From assembly GCA_965221165.1 (NCBI GenBank), contig CBDCRP010000002.1, forward strand, positions 576,001-640,000: DNA of 64,000 bases. Reading direction: 5' to 3'. This DNA is from a bacterium (lineage in GTDB: Bacteria; UBA8248). Of this stretch, positions 13,214-23,769 are shown in pieces. The notes below the pieces were generated by a model, which was not told where the DNA came from, searched no databases, and saw only the letters and a program-made list of their open reading frames with translations. Each line of letters starts with the position of its first letter. Positions within the stretch are counted from its first letter, which is position 1. The position numbers and the translations under genes are program-made.

Positions 13214-13251
13214 ATCCGCTAGCCATGATGATGGAACCCAAAATAGATGCG

Positions 13252-13854
13252 CTATAAAACGCCCTTGGTGCTGGGCACGCTCGTGTCTCTCGGGTCGAGC
13301 GAAACCCCCGCCCGCAACGCCCGCGCAAAGCCCTTGAATACGGCCTCCACCATGTGGTGGCTGTTATCCCCATAGCAGACCTCCATGTGGAGGTCGATTC
13401 CCGCATGGGTAGCCACCGACCAGAAGAACTCACGCACGAGCGCGGTGTCGAACTCGCTTATCTGCGTTTCGGGAAATGTGGCGCGAAAGACGAGGTTTCC
13501 CCTTCCGCCGAAATCCGCCGTCACGTGAACGAGCGCGTCCATCATGGGCAGGCGCACGTCGGCGTAGCGGGTGATGCCCGCCCGATCGCCGAGCGCCTTC
13601 GCCAGCGTCTGCCCCAGGATGATGCCCACGTCCTCCACCGTGTGGTGGCCGTCGACGTCGAGGTCCCCCTTGCCGCGAACGGTCAAGTCCACCAGCCCGT
13701 GGCGGGCGATTTGCGCGAGCATGTGGTCGAAAAAACCTAGCCCCGTGCCGATTTCGGCTTCGCCCGCGCCGTCTAAGTTGATGGCGACGGAAAAGTCGGT
13801 TTCCTTCGTCTTTCTGCTCACGCGCGCTTTTCTGTGTTTGGCTCTCGACGCCAC
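13252..13854 (-). CDS. hisB: Imidazoleglycerol-phosphate dehydratase
   Basis: RKTKET, GFFDHML, DGHHTVED, NSHHMVEAVFK, PSTKGVL. Confidence 0.97.
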   Translation of the reverse strand: MASRAKHRKARVSRKTKETDFSVAINLDGAGEAEIGTGLGFFDHMLAQIARHGLVDLTVRGKGDLDVDGHHTVEDVGIILGQTLAKALGDRAGITRYADVRLPMMDALVHVTADFGGRGNLVFRATFPETQISEFDTALVREFFWSVATHAGIDLHMEVCYGDNSHHMVEAVFKGFARALRAGVSLDPRDTSVPSTKGVL

Positions 13855-13948
13855 CTTCTCTCTCCCGGCGGATGGAAAATTTCAGTGAAAACACCGCCTT
13901 TCGGCAGTGCGATTATGCTTGATTTACGAGCGCCCCGCCAGCGTCCCC

Positions 13949-15244
13949 TCAGGATGCGCCGCGCCTTAAGCGCAAGGCCCGCGCGTGCGCGGGCAAGCCT
14001 TCCAAATCGGCGAGCCTCGCCGCAGGCTCGGTCAACCGCGCGGCGGCGTCCGCATCGAAACACACCTTGCTCGTCCATTTGATGAAATCATACACGCCGA
14101 GCGGCGAGGCGAAGCGCGCCGCCCCTCCGGTGGGAAGCACATGGTTCGGGCCGGCGATGTAATCCCCAAGGGGAACCGGACTCCACGGCCCGCAGAATAC
14201 GGCTCCGGCATGGCGGATCCCCCGGGCCGCCTCCTCCGCGCGCTCCATCAATATCTCCAGATGCTCGGGCGCGAGCATTTCCGCGACTTCCAGGGCTTGT
14301 TCGCGTGACGCCACCTCGATGAGCGCGCCGCGATTCTCTAGCGCCTGTGCTATCGCTTCGCTCCTTTCGGCGGAGCGCAACTGGCGTTCCACCTCTCGCC
14401 CCAAGGCGTCCGCCACTTCCGCGCCTAAGCAAACGCCCACCGCCATCGCCCGCGCGTCGTGCTCTGCCTGGGCGAGCAAGTCCGCCGCCGCCCATTCGGC
14501 CAGAGCCTCATCGTCCAGGAGCACGACCACCTCGCTCGGCCCCGCCTCCTTGTCGATTTCCACGCGTCCGCGCACGATGCGCTTGGCGGCGGCGACATAT
14601 ACGTTTCCCGGCCCCACTATCTTGTCCACACGGGGGACGCTTCTCGTGCCGTACGCCATGGCGGCTATCGCCTGCGCGCCGCCGACGCGCACTACGCGCT
14701 CGAGACCCGCCAGGGAGGCCGCCGCCAGCACGGCGGCGGGAACCTCGCCGTTTGCACCCGGCGGCGTACACAGAACCAATTCGCCAACGCCCGCCACCCG
14801 CGCGGGAACCGCGTTCATGAGCACCGTGGAGGGATAGGCCGCCGTGCCTCCCGGCACATACAGACCCACGCTCGAGAGCGCAGTGGGTTCGAGTGACAAC
14901 CACTCGCCGGGCGCTTCCTCGATCGTGATTTTTCGGGGAATCTGCGCTTCGTGAAACGCGCGAATCCGCTCCTCGGCGAGTCTTAAGGCATCAAGCGTCT
15001 CGGACGGCAGCGCGTCGCGCGCGCGCGCCATCTCCTCTTGACCGACGACGAGGCGCGCGGGGTCGAGAGAGACGCCGTCGAATTTGTGTGTCAATTCGAC
15101 CAGGGCATCATCACCCTCCGCGCGCACACGCTCGATGATAGCGCCGACATCGGCCTCGACGCGAGAGAACGCATCCTCCCCGCTCAGGGACAGACGCTCG
15201 ATTTCCGCGCCAAAATTCTCCTCCCCGTAGCTGAAGCGCCTCAC
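13949..15244 (-). CDS. hisD: Histidinol dehydrogenase
   Basis: YVPGG, GGAQAIAAMAYG, KIVGPGNVYV, AQAEHD, GPNHVLPT. Confidence 0.97.
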   Translation of the reverse strand: MRRFSYGEENFGAEIERLSLSGEDAFSRVEADVGAIIERVRAEGDDALVELTHKFDGVSLDPARLVVGQEEMARARDALPSETLDALRLAEERIRAFHEAQIPRKITIEEAPGEWLSLEPTALSSVGLYVPGGTAAYPSTVLMNAVPARVAGVGELVLCTPPGANGEVPAAVLAAASLAGLERVVRVGGAQAIAAMAYGTRSVPRVDKIVGPGNVYVAAAKRIVRGRVEIDKEAGPSEVVVLLDDEALAEWAAADLLAQAEHDARAMAVGVCLGAEVADALGREVERQLRSAERSEAIAQALENRGALIEVASREQALEVAEMLAPEHLEILMERAEEAARGIRHAGAVFCGPWSPVPLGDYIAGPNHVLPTGGAARFASPLGVYDFIKWTSKVCFDADAAARLTEPAARLADLEGLPAHARALRLRRGAS

Positions 15245-15954
15245 GCCTTCTCCTCGCTGGACAATGGATTAGCACCATTTCGGGAGCGGTTTCCAACGGC
15301 AGGAGGGATCACCTCCTTGAGTTGCCCGATCAGCACGCTCACCTTCTTGTAATTCGTCTTCAGGCTCGCCCGGTTGGCGATGAGCCTGGCCGTCGCGCTG
15401 AATATCTCGCGAATCGCAACCAAGCCATTGGCCCGCAGCGTTCCGCCGGTGTCCACCAAATCCACAATCAGGTCCGCCACCCCCGTCGCGGGCGCGATCT
15501 CCACGTTGCCGTACAGACGGATGACCTGGGCCTGAATACCCATCTGCTCGAAAAACCGGGTGGTGATGGCCGGAAATTTCGTCGCCACGCGAAGGGAGAT
15601 TCGTCCGCTCAAATCCTCCCAGGCGATCCCCTCGGGCGCCGCCACCATGAGCCGGCAAGGCGCCATGTTCATGTCCAGGGGCTCATATACGTCCCGGCCC
15701 TGCTCAAGCAATACGTCGCGGCCGATTATTCCTAAGTCGGCGGCGCCGCGCTCCACATAGATGGGCACGTCGTGATTTCTCAAAATCAAGACCCTGGCGC
15801 CCGTTTCCGGGTCCCGCAAGATCAACTTCCGGGATTTATCCGAGATCGGCTTCGACAAGATTCCCGCCATTACCAGACAATCGATCGCTTCGCCAAAAAT
15901 TCTTCCCTTGGGGAGAGCGATGGTCAATTCTTTTTCCTGATTCTCTTTCATCAC
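15241..15954 (-). CDS. hisG: ATP phosphoribosyltransferase, short form (HisZ-dependent; hisZ not in window)
   Basis: IALPKGR, DVPIYVERGAADLG, VATKFP, IVDLVDTGGTL. No C-terminal regulatory domain. Confidence 0.95.
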   Translation of the reverse strand: MMKENQEKELTIALPKGRIFGEAIDCLVMAGILSKPISDKSRKLILRDPETGARVLILRNHDVPIYVERGAADLGIIGRDVLLEQGRDVYEPLDMNMAPCRLMVAAPEGIAWEDLSGRISLRVATKFPAITTRFFEQMGIQAQVIRLYGNVEIAPATGVADLIVDLVDTGGTLRANGLVAIREIFSATARLIANRASLKTNYKKVSVLIGQLKEVIPPAVGNRSRNGANPLSSEEKA

Positions 15955-17210
15955 GACTCCACTTCGCGTTCGATATCCGCGCCGAGATTCCTCAACCGCT
16001 CCTCGAGCCGCTGATATCCCCTGTCGATATGATATACGTTGCGAACGATGGTTTCCCCGCTCGCCGCCAGCCCGGCCAGAACCAGCGAAGCGCTCGCCCT
16101 CAGGTCGGTCGCCGTCACCGAGGCGCCGGCGAGATGCTCCACCCCCTCGATATGCGCCGTGCGGCCGTCGAGGTGAATCCGCGCGTTCATTCTGGCAAGC
16201 TCGGCTGCGTGCATGAAACGATTTTCAAAGATGGTCTCCGTCATCACGCAATTCCCGCGCGCCAGCGTCATCAACGCCATGAACTGCGCTTGCAAATCCG
16301 TGGGAAATCCGGGATAGGGCGCCGTCTTGACGTTCACGGGCCGCATGGAACCATCGCCCCGCACGCGAACCCAGTCCTCGCCTTCGGAAACTTCCAGGCC
16401 GGCCTCGCTCAGCTTATGCGTGAGTGCGCGCACCTCCTCGGGTTCACAGTTTTTTATCTTCAATTCCCCCCCCGTGATGGCGGCCGCAATCATCAGCGTT
16501 CCTACCTCGATGCGATCCGAGGGAATGGACACGTCGTATCCCCCGAGGGATTCCACCCCCTCGATTTCAATCACGGGCGTGCCTGCTCCGCTCACCCGCG
16601 CACCCATCTGGTTCAGCAAATCCGCAAGCGCCACCACCTCGGGTTCCAAGGCTGCATTCTCGAGAACGGTGACCCCTTTCGCCAGGGAAGCCGCCATCAT
16701 CAGATTTTTCGTCCCCGTCACCGTCGTGAGGTCGAACGGTATGCGCGCTCCTGTGAGCTTTCGGGCCTTGGCCTCGATATAACCCTGCTCTATACGGATG
16801 TCCGCCCCCATGGCGGTCAGCCCCTTTAAGTGCTGATCGACGGGTCTGGCCCCGATGGCGCAGCCGCCCGGAAGGGAGACGCGCGCCAGACCAAAACGCG
16901 CCAGCAAGGGCCCCAGCACCAGGATGGAGGCCCGCATCGCCTGCACCAGTTCATAGGGCGCGACGCCGCCGGTAATGTTCGAGGCGTTCAGGGAGATGCG
17001 AGCGGGCGATTCTTCTTGCGTCTCTACGCCGAATTCTCCCAAAAGCCGCAAAATGGTGTTCGTATCCCGCAAGTCCGGAACCCGCCGCGCATAGCTGACC
17101 CCATCGGCCAGGATGGCGGCGGCCAGAATCGGCAAAGAAGCATTTTTGGAGCCGGACGCCTCGGCCTCCCCATGAAGCGGCCTGCCTCCCCGAATACGAA
17201 ATTGCTCCAC
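15951..17210 (-). CDS. murA: UDP-N-acetylglucosamine 1-carboxyvinyltransferase
   Basis: [39 protein letters not shown]. Confidence 0.98.
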   Translation of the reverse strand: MEQFRIRGGRPLHGEAEASGSKNASLPILAAAILADGVSYARRVPDLRDTNTILRLLGEFGVETQEESPARISLNASNITGGVAPYELVQAMRASILVLGPLLARFGLARVSLPGGCAIGARPVDQHLKGLTAMGADIRIEQGYIEAKARKLTGARIPFDLTTVTGTKNLMMAASLAKGVTVLENAALEPEVVALADLLNQMGARVSGAGTPVIEIEGVESLGGYDVSIPSDRIEVGTLMIAAAITGGELKIKNCEPEEVRALTHKLSEAGLEVSEGEDWVRVRGDGSMRPVNVKTAPYPGFPTDLQAQFMALMTLARGNCVMTETIFENRFMHAAELARMNARIHLDGRTAHIEGVEHLAGASVTATDLRASASLVLAGLAASGETIVRNVYHIDRGYQRLEERLRNLGADIEREVES

Positions 17211-17213
17211 AAC

Positions 17214-18110
17214 CTATTTCCTCTGAAGCTCCAGAACCCTCTCACGCCCGGCGAGGTCCTTGCGGCGCTTCACCTCGCAATAATTCTCCCGCCGCCCCGC
17301 TACAGCCTCCGCCTTCTCCATCTGGCGCGGGTCCATCTCCACCAGCAAGAATCCCCTGCGCGTCAACCATGAAGGCGCCTCCTCGATGATGCGCCGAATG
17401 AGGTCCATCCCGTCCGCGCCGCCATCGAGCGCGACCCGGGGCTCGAACGATGAAACCTCGGGCATCAAGCCATCCAGTTCGCCTGAGGCCACATAGGGCG
17501 GATTTGAGGCAATGACGTCGAATTTCTCCCCACCTGCGAGCGCGTGAAACAAATCCGAAGCCACGAGCCTCGTTCGGCTTTCGAGGCCGAATCTTTCCGT
17601 ATTTCGTTTCGCCACCTCAAGCGTCCTCGGGCAAACATCGAGCAAGGTGATTTGCGCCTCGGGCAATTCGCTCCCGCTAGCCAGCCCCACCGCACCGCTG
17701 CCGGAGCCTAAGTCCAGTATCCTGCTCCTGCTCTCTCGCCTCGCTCCCAACAACGCCACGGCGCGCTCGACGAGCAACTCCGAATCCGGCCTGGGAATCA
17801 GCACGTCCGATGAGACAAGAAAGGGCATGGACCAGAACTCCCGCTCACCCACGATATAGGCCATCGGTTCGCGCTTGATTCTCCTGCGCGCCAGGGCTTC
17901 GACGCGCGCGAGCGCCTCGGCCGGAACCACTTTTTCGGGATGTGCGTGAAGATGCGCTGCGCCGCAGCCTAAAACCATCGCCAGAATGAATTGCGCATCC
18001 AGGCCGGGCGCATCCACGCCCGCCTCGGCGAATCGTTCTTCCAGGCGGGACAGGAGCACACCTACTTTTGTTTCGGATGCGCTTTGGGCCACGAAAAGAG
18101 AAGTCGTCAT
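17214..18110 (-). CDS. prmC: Release factor glutamine methyltransferase
   Basis: [29 protein letters not shown]. Directly downstream of prfA. Confidence 0.96.
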   Translation of the reverse strand: MTTSLFVAQSASETKVGVLLSRLEERFAEAGVDAPGLDAQFILAMVLGCGAAHLHAHPEKVVPAEALARVEALARRRIKREPMAYIVGEREFWSMPFLVSSDVLIPRPDSELLVERAVALLGARRESRSRILDLGSGSGAVGLASGSELPEAQITLLDVCPRTLEVAKRNTERFGLESRTRLVASDLFHALAGGEKFDVIASNPPYVASGELDGLMPEVSSFEPRVALDGGADGMDLIRRIIEEAPSWLTRRGFLLVEMDPRQMEKAEAVAGRRENYCEVKRRKDLAGRERVLELQRK

Positions 18111-19198
18111 TCCGGGGAGTGGACTTCTGTGTTTTCTTCCAGTTCAGCCAAACGCTCCGCCTCCCGGCTCTCTATCACCCGTTTGACCATCTCGTCGATT
18201 CCCCCCTCCATGAAACCGGGAAGACCATGGAGGGTGAGGCCGATGCGGTGATCTGTAATCCTGTCCTGGGGGAAATTGTAGGTCCTGATTCTTTCGCTTC
18301 TGTCCCCACTGCCCACGAGGCTTTTCCGTTGCGCGGAACGCTCGGACATCTGTTTCTGGATTTCCATGTCCAGCAGATGGGCCGAGAGAATCTTCATCGC
18401 CTTGGCACGGTTTTTGTGCTGGCTCTTCTCGTCCTGACAGGTGACGACGAGGCCGGTGGGCACGTGGGTGATGCGCACGGCGGAATCCGTGGTGTTCACG
18501 CTCTGGCCGCCAGGACCCGAGGAGCGGTAGACATCGATTCTCAAGTCCTTCTCTCCGATGTTCAGCGCAATTTCATCCGCTTCGGGCAGCACGGCCACCG
18601 TGGCGGCGGAGGTGTGTATTCTACCTTGCGTCTCGGTGACGGGCACCCTCTGGACGCGATGCGTCCCGCTCTCATAGCGCAGGCGGCTGTAGGCGCCTGC
18701 GCCCTTGATCAGCGCGGAGACTTCCTTGAGACCGCCCAAGTCGCTCTCGCTCTTGCTCAACTCCTCCGCCCTCCAGCCCTGGACCTCGGCGTAGCGAACG
18801 TACATGCGGTACAAATCGGCCGCGAAGAGCGCGGCCTCCTGTCCGCCCGTGCCCGCGCGAACTTCCAAGATGACGTTTTTCTCATCATTCGGATCCTTGG
18901 GCAGTAAAAGCCGGCGCAGCCTCTTTTCCACCTCTTCAAGCTTCGCGCCCGCATCTTCGAGTTCGGCTTCGGCGAGTTCGCTCACCTCCGGGTCCGCATC
19001 CTCGAGCAGCGCCTTCGCCTCCTTGATGGCGTTTCCGTATCCGCGCCATTCCTCGTAAGCGCTTACGACCTGGGAAAGCTCTTTATGTTCGCGCGCGGTC
19101 TGCTCGAATTTTTTGCGGTCCTTGAGCAAGGCCGGGTCGGACAAACGCATCTCCAGCGTCTGGTGTTTTTCGATGATTTGTTCAATTTTTTCAAACAT
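18107..19198 (-). CDS. prfA: Peptide chain release factor 1
   Basis: [18 protein letters not shown] (PxT motif of RF1), RTYNFPQ. Start taken at MFEKIE. Confidence 0.97.
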   Translation of the reverse strand: MFEKIEQIIEKHQTLEMRLSDPALLKDRKKFEQTAREHKELSQVVSAYEEWRGYGNAIKEAKALLEDADPEVSELAEAELEDAGAKLEEVEKRLRRLLLPKDPNDEKNVILEVRAGTGGQEAALFAADLYRMYVRYAEVQGWRAEELSKSESDLGGLKEVSALIKGAGAYSRLRYESGTHRVQRVPVTETQGRIHTSAATVAVLPEADEIALNIGEKDLRIDVYRSSGPGGQSVNTTDSAVRITHVPTGLVVTCQDEKSQHKNRAKAMKILSAHLLDMEIQKQMSERSAQRKSLVGSGDRSERIRTYNFPQDRITDHRIGLTLHGLPGFMEGGIDEMVKRVIESREAERLAELEENTEVHSPE

Positions 19199-19284
19199 GG
19201 GGATCAACCGACGGGCAGCGAATGGGGTGGTCCGGAAAAAAGGGGGATGCTAGCGGAAAGCAAGTATCTCCAACGCCTGTGGGA

Positions 19285-20556
19285 TCAACTCCATGCCGCG
19301 TAAACTTTCTTGAGTTCTTCCGCGAAAAAGGCCTCTTCATCATCCCCAGCCTGGAGTCGCCCCAATTCCATGGCGAGGTTGAAGAATCCCGCGCTAGGTT
19401 TGTTGTCGCGCGCGCCCACACTAACCGCCGACAGGAGCGGCCGGCCCGCCTCGTGCTCGCGCATGGAAATCGCACCGAGGATTTCCCCGAGCTTTCCTCG
19501 ATCCCCCGGGTTCCCCATGTCCAGGCCAGCGAGGAGGGCAACATCACCGTAGTGGATGATTCCACCTGACTTCGCTACCTCTTTTAATTTTTCATAAACT
19601 TCCGGATGCACAGTATCAGCTTCTCCACCCGGTTCGGGCGCAGTCGATGCGTCGGGTGAAGCATCTTCAGCCACGGCGGCCGTCGCATCGGCTAAAGGGG
19701 ATTTTTCTTTTTGTTTATAACAAGAACCACTCGAAAACACGGGGTTTCCACTAATTGGCACATTACCGTTCCGCCCGCGAGTTCGATCAACCTCGTAGCC
19801 AATTCGCTCCATTACGCCCTTCACTATGCTACCGATCCACCTCCTGGTGTTATCCCACCTCTTGGGGTCATCGTCTTTATCGCTCACGCCAAATTCTTTG
19901 CTCAGTTTATGCCCCAACGGGTCAACGGCTGGCCGACCCTCATCCGACGCTTTCTTCATCAAATCTATATTCTCGGGTCTTCGTATAAATTCTTCGAGCT
20001 TCTCTCGGTCTGTGTGTGGAAACACTTCGTTTCTTTCCGGTTCAGGGTCGGGCGAAGCATCCTCCGCCACGGAAACCGCCTCGGCTTCTCCGCCGGCTTC
20101 GGGCGCAAGCGATGCGTCGGGCGAAACATCCTCCGCGGTGGAAACCGCCTCGGCCTCGGGGGATTCTTCTTTCTGCGCCTGGGCCGCTTGCCTGGCGGCG
20201 CGCTCCTCGACCCTTTTCTTTCTGGCTTCTTCTCTGAGCGCTTTTTCTTCCGCCGCCTTCTCGGCGGCCATATGCGCTTCTCTCTCCAAAAGGGCCACCC
20301 TTTCCTCCTCGGCGACGGCTTGCTTTCTCTTGCGCTTAGAGACCCTTACCTCCTTGCCCTCGAACTTCTTGATGAATTTCTCTACGCGGCCTTCGGTATC
20401 CACGATTCGCGCCTGTTTTCCGGTGAAGAACGGATGGCACTGCGAGCAGACTTCCACCCGGATTTCACTGCGCGTGGAGAACGTCGTGAATTCGGTGCCG
20501 CAACCACTGCAAGAGACCTTGCACTCGAACAACTCAGGATGAATCTCGGCCTTCAT
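19285..20556 (-). CDS. rpmE: 50S ribosomal protein L31 (zinc-binding type) with about 355-aa C-terminal extension containing two extra domains
   Basis: MKAEIHP...CSGC...[12 protein letters not shown]...EGRVEKF is L31, in the canonical rho-rpmE-prfA position. The frame stays open for 423 codons. Confidence 0.9.
   Translation of the reverse strand: MKAEIHPELFECKVSCSGCGTEFTTFSTRSEIRVEVCSQCHPFFTGKQARIVDTEGRVEKFIKKFEGKEVRVSKRKRKQAVAEEERVALLEREAHMAAEKAAEEKALREEARKKRVEERAARQAAQAQKEESPEAEAVSTAEDVSPDASLAPEAGGEAEAVSVAEDASPDPEPERNEVFPHTDREKLEEFIRRPENIDLMKKASDEGRPAVDPLGHKLSKEFGVSDKDDDPKRWDNTRRWIGSIVKGVMERIGYEVDRTRGRNGNVPISGNPVFSSGSCYKQKEKSPLADATAAVAEDASPDASTAPEPGGEADTVHPEVYEKLKEVAKSGGIIHYGDVALLAGLDMGNPGDRGKLGEILGAISMREHEAGRPLLSAVSVGARDNKPSAGFFNLAMELGRLQAGDDEEAFFAEELKKVYAAWS
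19618..20157 (-). repeat. Three imperfect intragenic repeats (about 50-75 bp) in the rpmE extension
   Basis: [25 protein letters not shown] (20083-20157), [17 protein letters not shown] (20038-20088), [20 protein letters not shown] (19618-19677). The DNA is also similar. Confidence 0.85.
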
Positions 20557-20669
20557 AACCAGGCGCTCCAAAATTTCGGGGTCGAAATGTCGAAAACAAT
20601 TCCAAAAAACGATTCAAGGAGGTGTCTTGTCCACAAAAAACACCATCCCCTCCTCTACGAAGAGAGCGC

Positions 20670-20698
20670 TTTATATCGAAACTCCAGCGCCTTGTCTA
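20670..20698 (-). promoter_or_regulatory. Putative sigma70 promoter of rpmE-prfA-prmC-murA-his operon
   Basis: Minus strand TAGACA-17 bp-TATAAA. Confidence 0.6.
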
Positions 20699-20735
20699 CC
20701 CAAAAGCAGGCAAAATCAAGAAGTTGGGAACACGC

Positions 20736-22025
20736 CTAGGTATTCATCGAGGCGAGGAAATCCTGGTTCGTCTTCGTCTCCTGAATTTTCTCGAGCAAGA
20801 GTTCCATAGAATCCACCACGCCCAGCGGCTGCAACACCTTGCGCAACACCCAGACACGATTGAGTTCCTGCGGGCTGAGCAACAATTCCTCTTTTCTGGT
20901 GCCGGACTTGTTGATGTCCACCGAGGGGAATACACGCTTGTCGGAGAGTTTCCTGTCCAGATGAACTTCCATGTTACCCGTGCCTTTGAATTCCTCGAAA
21001 ATCACATCGTCCATTCGGCTGCCCGTTTCCACCAACGCCGTGGCGAGAATGGTGAGGCTTCCGCCCTCTTCGAGGTTTCGCGCCGCGCCGAAAAAGCGCT
21101 TGGGCCGCTGCAGCGCGTTCGAATCCACGCCGCCGGAGAGAACTTTTCCACTCGGCGAGATGATGGTGTTGTGGGCGCGCGCCAATCGCGTGATGGAATC
21201 GAGCAGAATCACGACATCCTGCTTATGCTCGGTGAGCCTTTTCGCCTTTTCAATCACCATGTCCGCCACCTGGACGTGGCGAGACGCCGGCTCGTCGAAC
21301 GTCGAACTAATTACTTCTCCGCGCACGGAGCGCTCCATGTCCGTGACTTCCTCGGGACGCTCGTCGATGAGCAGAACTATCAGATGAACTTCGGGGTGAT
21401 TCGTCGCGATGCTTTTCGCAATGGACTGAAGCATCATCGTCTTACCCGTTCGCGGCGCAGCGACGATGAGGCCGCGCTGCCCGAAGCCGATCGGCGTCAT
21501 GAGGTCCAGAACGCGCGAACTCACCTCTTCGCCGGATATTTCGAGCCCTATCCTGCGGTCCGGATACAAGGGAGTAAGGTTGTCGAACAGAACCTTGTCC
21601 TTACTCGCTTCAGGTGGTTCGAAATTGATTTTCTCGACTTTCAAAAGCGCAAAATACCGCTCCCCCTCTTTGGGCTGGCGAATCTCACCGCCTACGGTAT
21701 CGCCCGTGCGAAGATCGAAGCGACGGATTTGACTGGGGGAAACATAAATATCATCAGGACCGGGCAGATAGTTGTATGCGGGCGAACGCAAGAAACCGAA
21801 CCCATCCGGCAAAATTTCCAGCACGCCTTCGCCGGTGATGGTTCCACCTCCACCGTTGCGATCCTTGTCGGACTGCGCCTCCAATATCTTGTAAATCAGA
21901 TCCTGCTTTCTGAGCCCGCTGGCGCTTTCGGAATTGAACTCTTTCAGAATCTGGTTGAGTTCTACGATGGTCTTCTTCTTCAGTTCCGCCAAATTCAGAC
22001 TGCGAGATTTTGTTCCTGTTTCCAT
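20736..22025 (-). CDS. rho: Transcription termination factor Rho
   Basis: [43 protein letters not shown]. Confidence 0.98.
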   Translation of the reverse strand: METGTKSRSLNLAELKKKTIVELNQILKEFNSESASGLRKQDLIYKILEAQSDKDRNGGGGTITGEGVLEILPDGFGFLRSPAYNYLPGPDDIYVSPSQIRRFDLRTGDTVGGEIRQPKEGERYFALLKVEKINFEPPEASKDKVLFDNLTPLYPDRRIGLEISGEEVSSRVLDLMTPIGFGQRGLIVAAPRTGKTMMLQSIAKSIATNHPEVHLIVLLIDERPEEVTDMERSVRGEVISSTFDEPASRHVQVADMVIEKAKRLTEHKQDVVILLDSITRLARAHNTIISPSGKVLSGGVDSNALQRPKRFFGAARNLEEGGSLTILATALVETGSRMDDVIFEEFKGTGNMEVHLDRKLSDKRVFPSVDINKSGTRKEELLLSPQELNRVWVLRKVLQPLGVVDSMELLLEKIQETKTNQDFLASMNT

Positions 22026-22440
22026 AACTCCCTTCTCCTTGGTTTGGTAGGCACCTTTTTACCGCCTGGAACGTGAGATGATGCCTTCTGGTTGCATCAC
22101 TCGCCACATTCTGCGCGGGGAGACTTTTCCTCCTAGCCTCAAGCGGTAAGGTTGATGTGATGAAATTCCTTCATGTTCGATTCAAGAGCAGATTCTCATC
22201 GCCGGGTGCGATGCGAAGCGGGCATTCGGTGTTTTTCAGAACCAGTCATGGGCGCGCGCATAAAACCATTTCTGGAAATATATTCATCCGAGGACAGAGA
22301 TAAACCTAAAGGTGGTTATATTTCCCAAGACAAATTCTTTTCTCTTTATCTAAAATTCCAAATAGTTGCGTATCAGATGGCGTTTGAAGTTTAGGGCGAC
22401 GAAACTGTATCAGGAATAGCCGACAAAAACACTATGAGAA

Positions 22441-22469
22441 AAAGTAATAAGTTCCAGCAAGTTTGTCAA
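22441..22469 (-). promoter_or_regulatory. Putative sigma70 promoter of rho (about 410-nt leader)
   Basis: Minus strand TTGACA-17 bp-TACTTT just after the coaE stop. Confidence 0.55.
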
Positions 22470-22479
22470 CACTTTTATT

Positions 22480-23079
22480 TTACTTCCCGGAGAGCGATTT
22501 TATCAACTCCTCCACCTGCTCCCGGGTATTGTCCATCGAACCGCGATTGTCGATGACGTGATCCGCATATTTCACTTTTTCCGACAGCGGCATCTGCGCA
22601 ACGATGCGCCTCATCGCCTCCTCTTCACTCATCGCGTTTCGCCGGCATAACCGGCTTATCTGTTGAGATTCATCACAATCGACAACCACAATCAAGTCGA
22701 ACCGCCTCCAACTCCCCGACTCGATCATGACAGCGGCGTCCACGACCGCGATGGGCGTATTTCCCTCCAACTCTATATTCTTTAACCGCCTATCTTGCTC
22801 AGCGATGATTTCCGGATGCAGAATTCCCTCCAGAATCTTTTTTTTCGAGGAGTCAGAAAAAACAATTTCCCCAAGTCTGGCCCGGTTCAGGCTCTTGTCG
22901 TCGGTGAGAACCTCTTCTCCAAATGCATCGACAACCCTACCCAGAGCGGCGGAACCCGGGGCGACCACCTCGCGCGCAATCACGTCCGCGTCGATTACCG
23001 GAACGCCCAGGTCCCTGATCATCCGGCTCACCGTGGATTTTCCGCTGGCGATTCCCCCAGTCAGACCAACCCTGCGCAC
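22480..23079 (-). CDS. coaE: Dephospho-CoA kinase
   Basis: VGLTGGIASGKSTV, IDAD, LHPEI, QMPL..K...AD.VIDN. Confidence 0.96.
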   Translation of the reverse strand: MRRVGLTGGIASGKSTVSRMIRDLGVPVIDADVIAREVVAPGSAALGRVVDAFGEEVLTDDKSLNRARLGEIVFSDSSKKKILEGILHPEIIAEQDRRLKNIELEGNTPIAVVDAAVMIESGSWRRFDLIVVVDCDESQQISRLCRRNAMSEEEAMRRIVAQMPLSEKVKYADHVIDNRGSMDNTREQVEELIKSLSGK

Positions 23080-23132
23080 GTCACCGCTTTCCGCTTTTGG
23101 GAAGTATCATATCGAGACATCAGTAAAGGATA

Positions 23133-23408
23133 TTAAATTCCGCGTCGTTTGGCCTCTTGCTCATAATGCTTATTGAAGAGTATCTCCCAGTCACGACTCC
23201 CCTCCACCAGCCTGCTGGAATATGTGCTTAAAATTCTTCGCACCTCTTCTTCGATATCATCATCAATGATCAACTCATTGCTGATGGCGCGCAGAACATT
23301 CATGCGCAATTCCTGAGGCTCGACAAGAAAATCCACGTCGTCACACTCTTCAATATCCTTGACGACCAAATTCGTCAGATGATTGATCTTCTCGCGGCTG
23401 AGTTTCAT
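23133..23408 (-). CDS. DUF507 family protein
   Basis: MKLSREKINHL..., DDIEEEVRRILS, pattern of the second gene of DUF507 pairs. Confidence 0.75.
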   Translation of the reverse strand: MKLSREKINHLTNLVVKDIEECDDVDFLVEPQELRMNVLRAISNELIIDDDIEEEVRRILSTYSSRLVEGSRDWEILFNKHYEQEAKRRGI

Positions 23409-23466
23409 GGCCGCGTTCTCCTGATAAGATTATAAGAAAATTACCCCGGGGCACTCTCTCACCCCG

Positions 23467-23748
23467 CTAAAGCACGAGATTTCGCTCACGCGCCAGTTTT
23501 GTTTTCACCATCGTAAACATTCGGCTGTAGTCCACATTGCCCTTGTCCATCTCATCCTCAAAGTCCCGCAAGATTTCCTTGACCTCATCGTTGAGCCGAT
23601 CCTCGACCATCAAGTCCGCCTCGATTACATGCGCAATGCGGGTCCTGAGCACTTCTTCGTTCGAGTCTTCAGATATCAATTCGCGACGAATCAACCTCTC
23701 GACAACTCTGCGGGCGATTCGCTCAATCATTTCTTTTCTCAATTTCAT
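23467..23748 (-). CDS. DUF507 family protein
   Basis: EDRLNDEVKEIL...VDYSRMFTMVKTKLARERNLVL matches the DUF507 consensus. Confidence 0.85.
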   Translation of the reverse strand: MKLRKEMIERIARRVVERLIRRELISEDSNEEVLRTRIAHVIEADLMVEDRLNDEVKEILRDFEDEMDKGNVDYSRMFTMVKTKLARERNLVL

Positions 23749-23769
23749 ACCAGGGCCCTCCTCAGCAAT

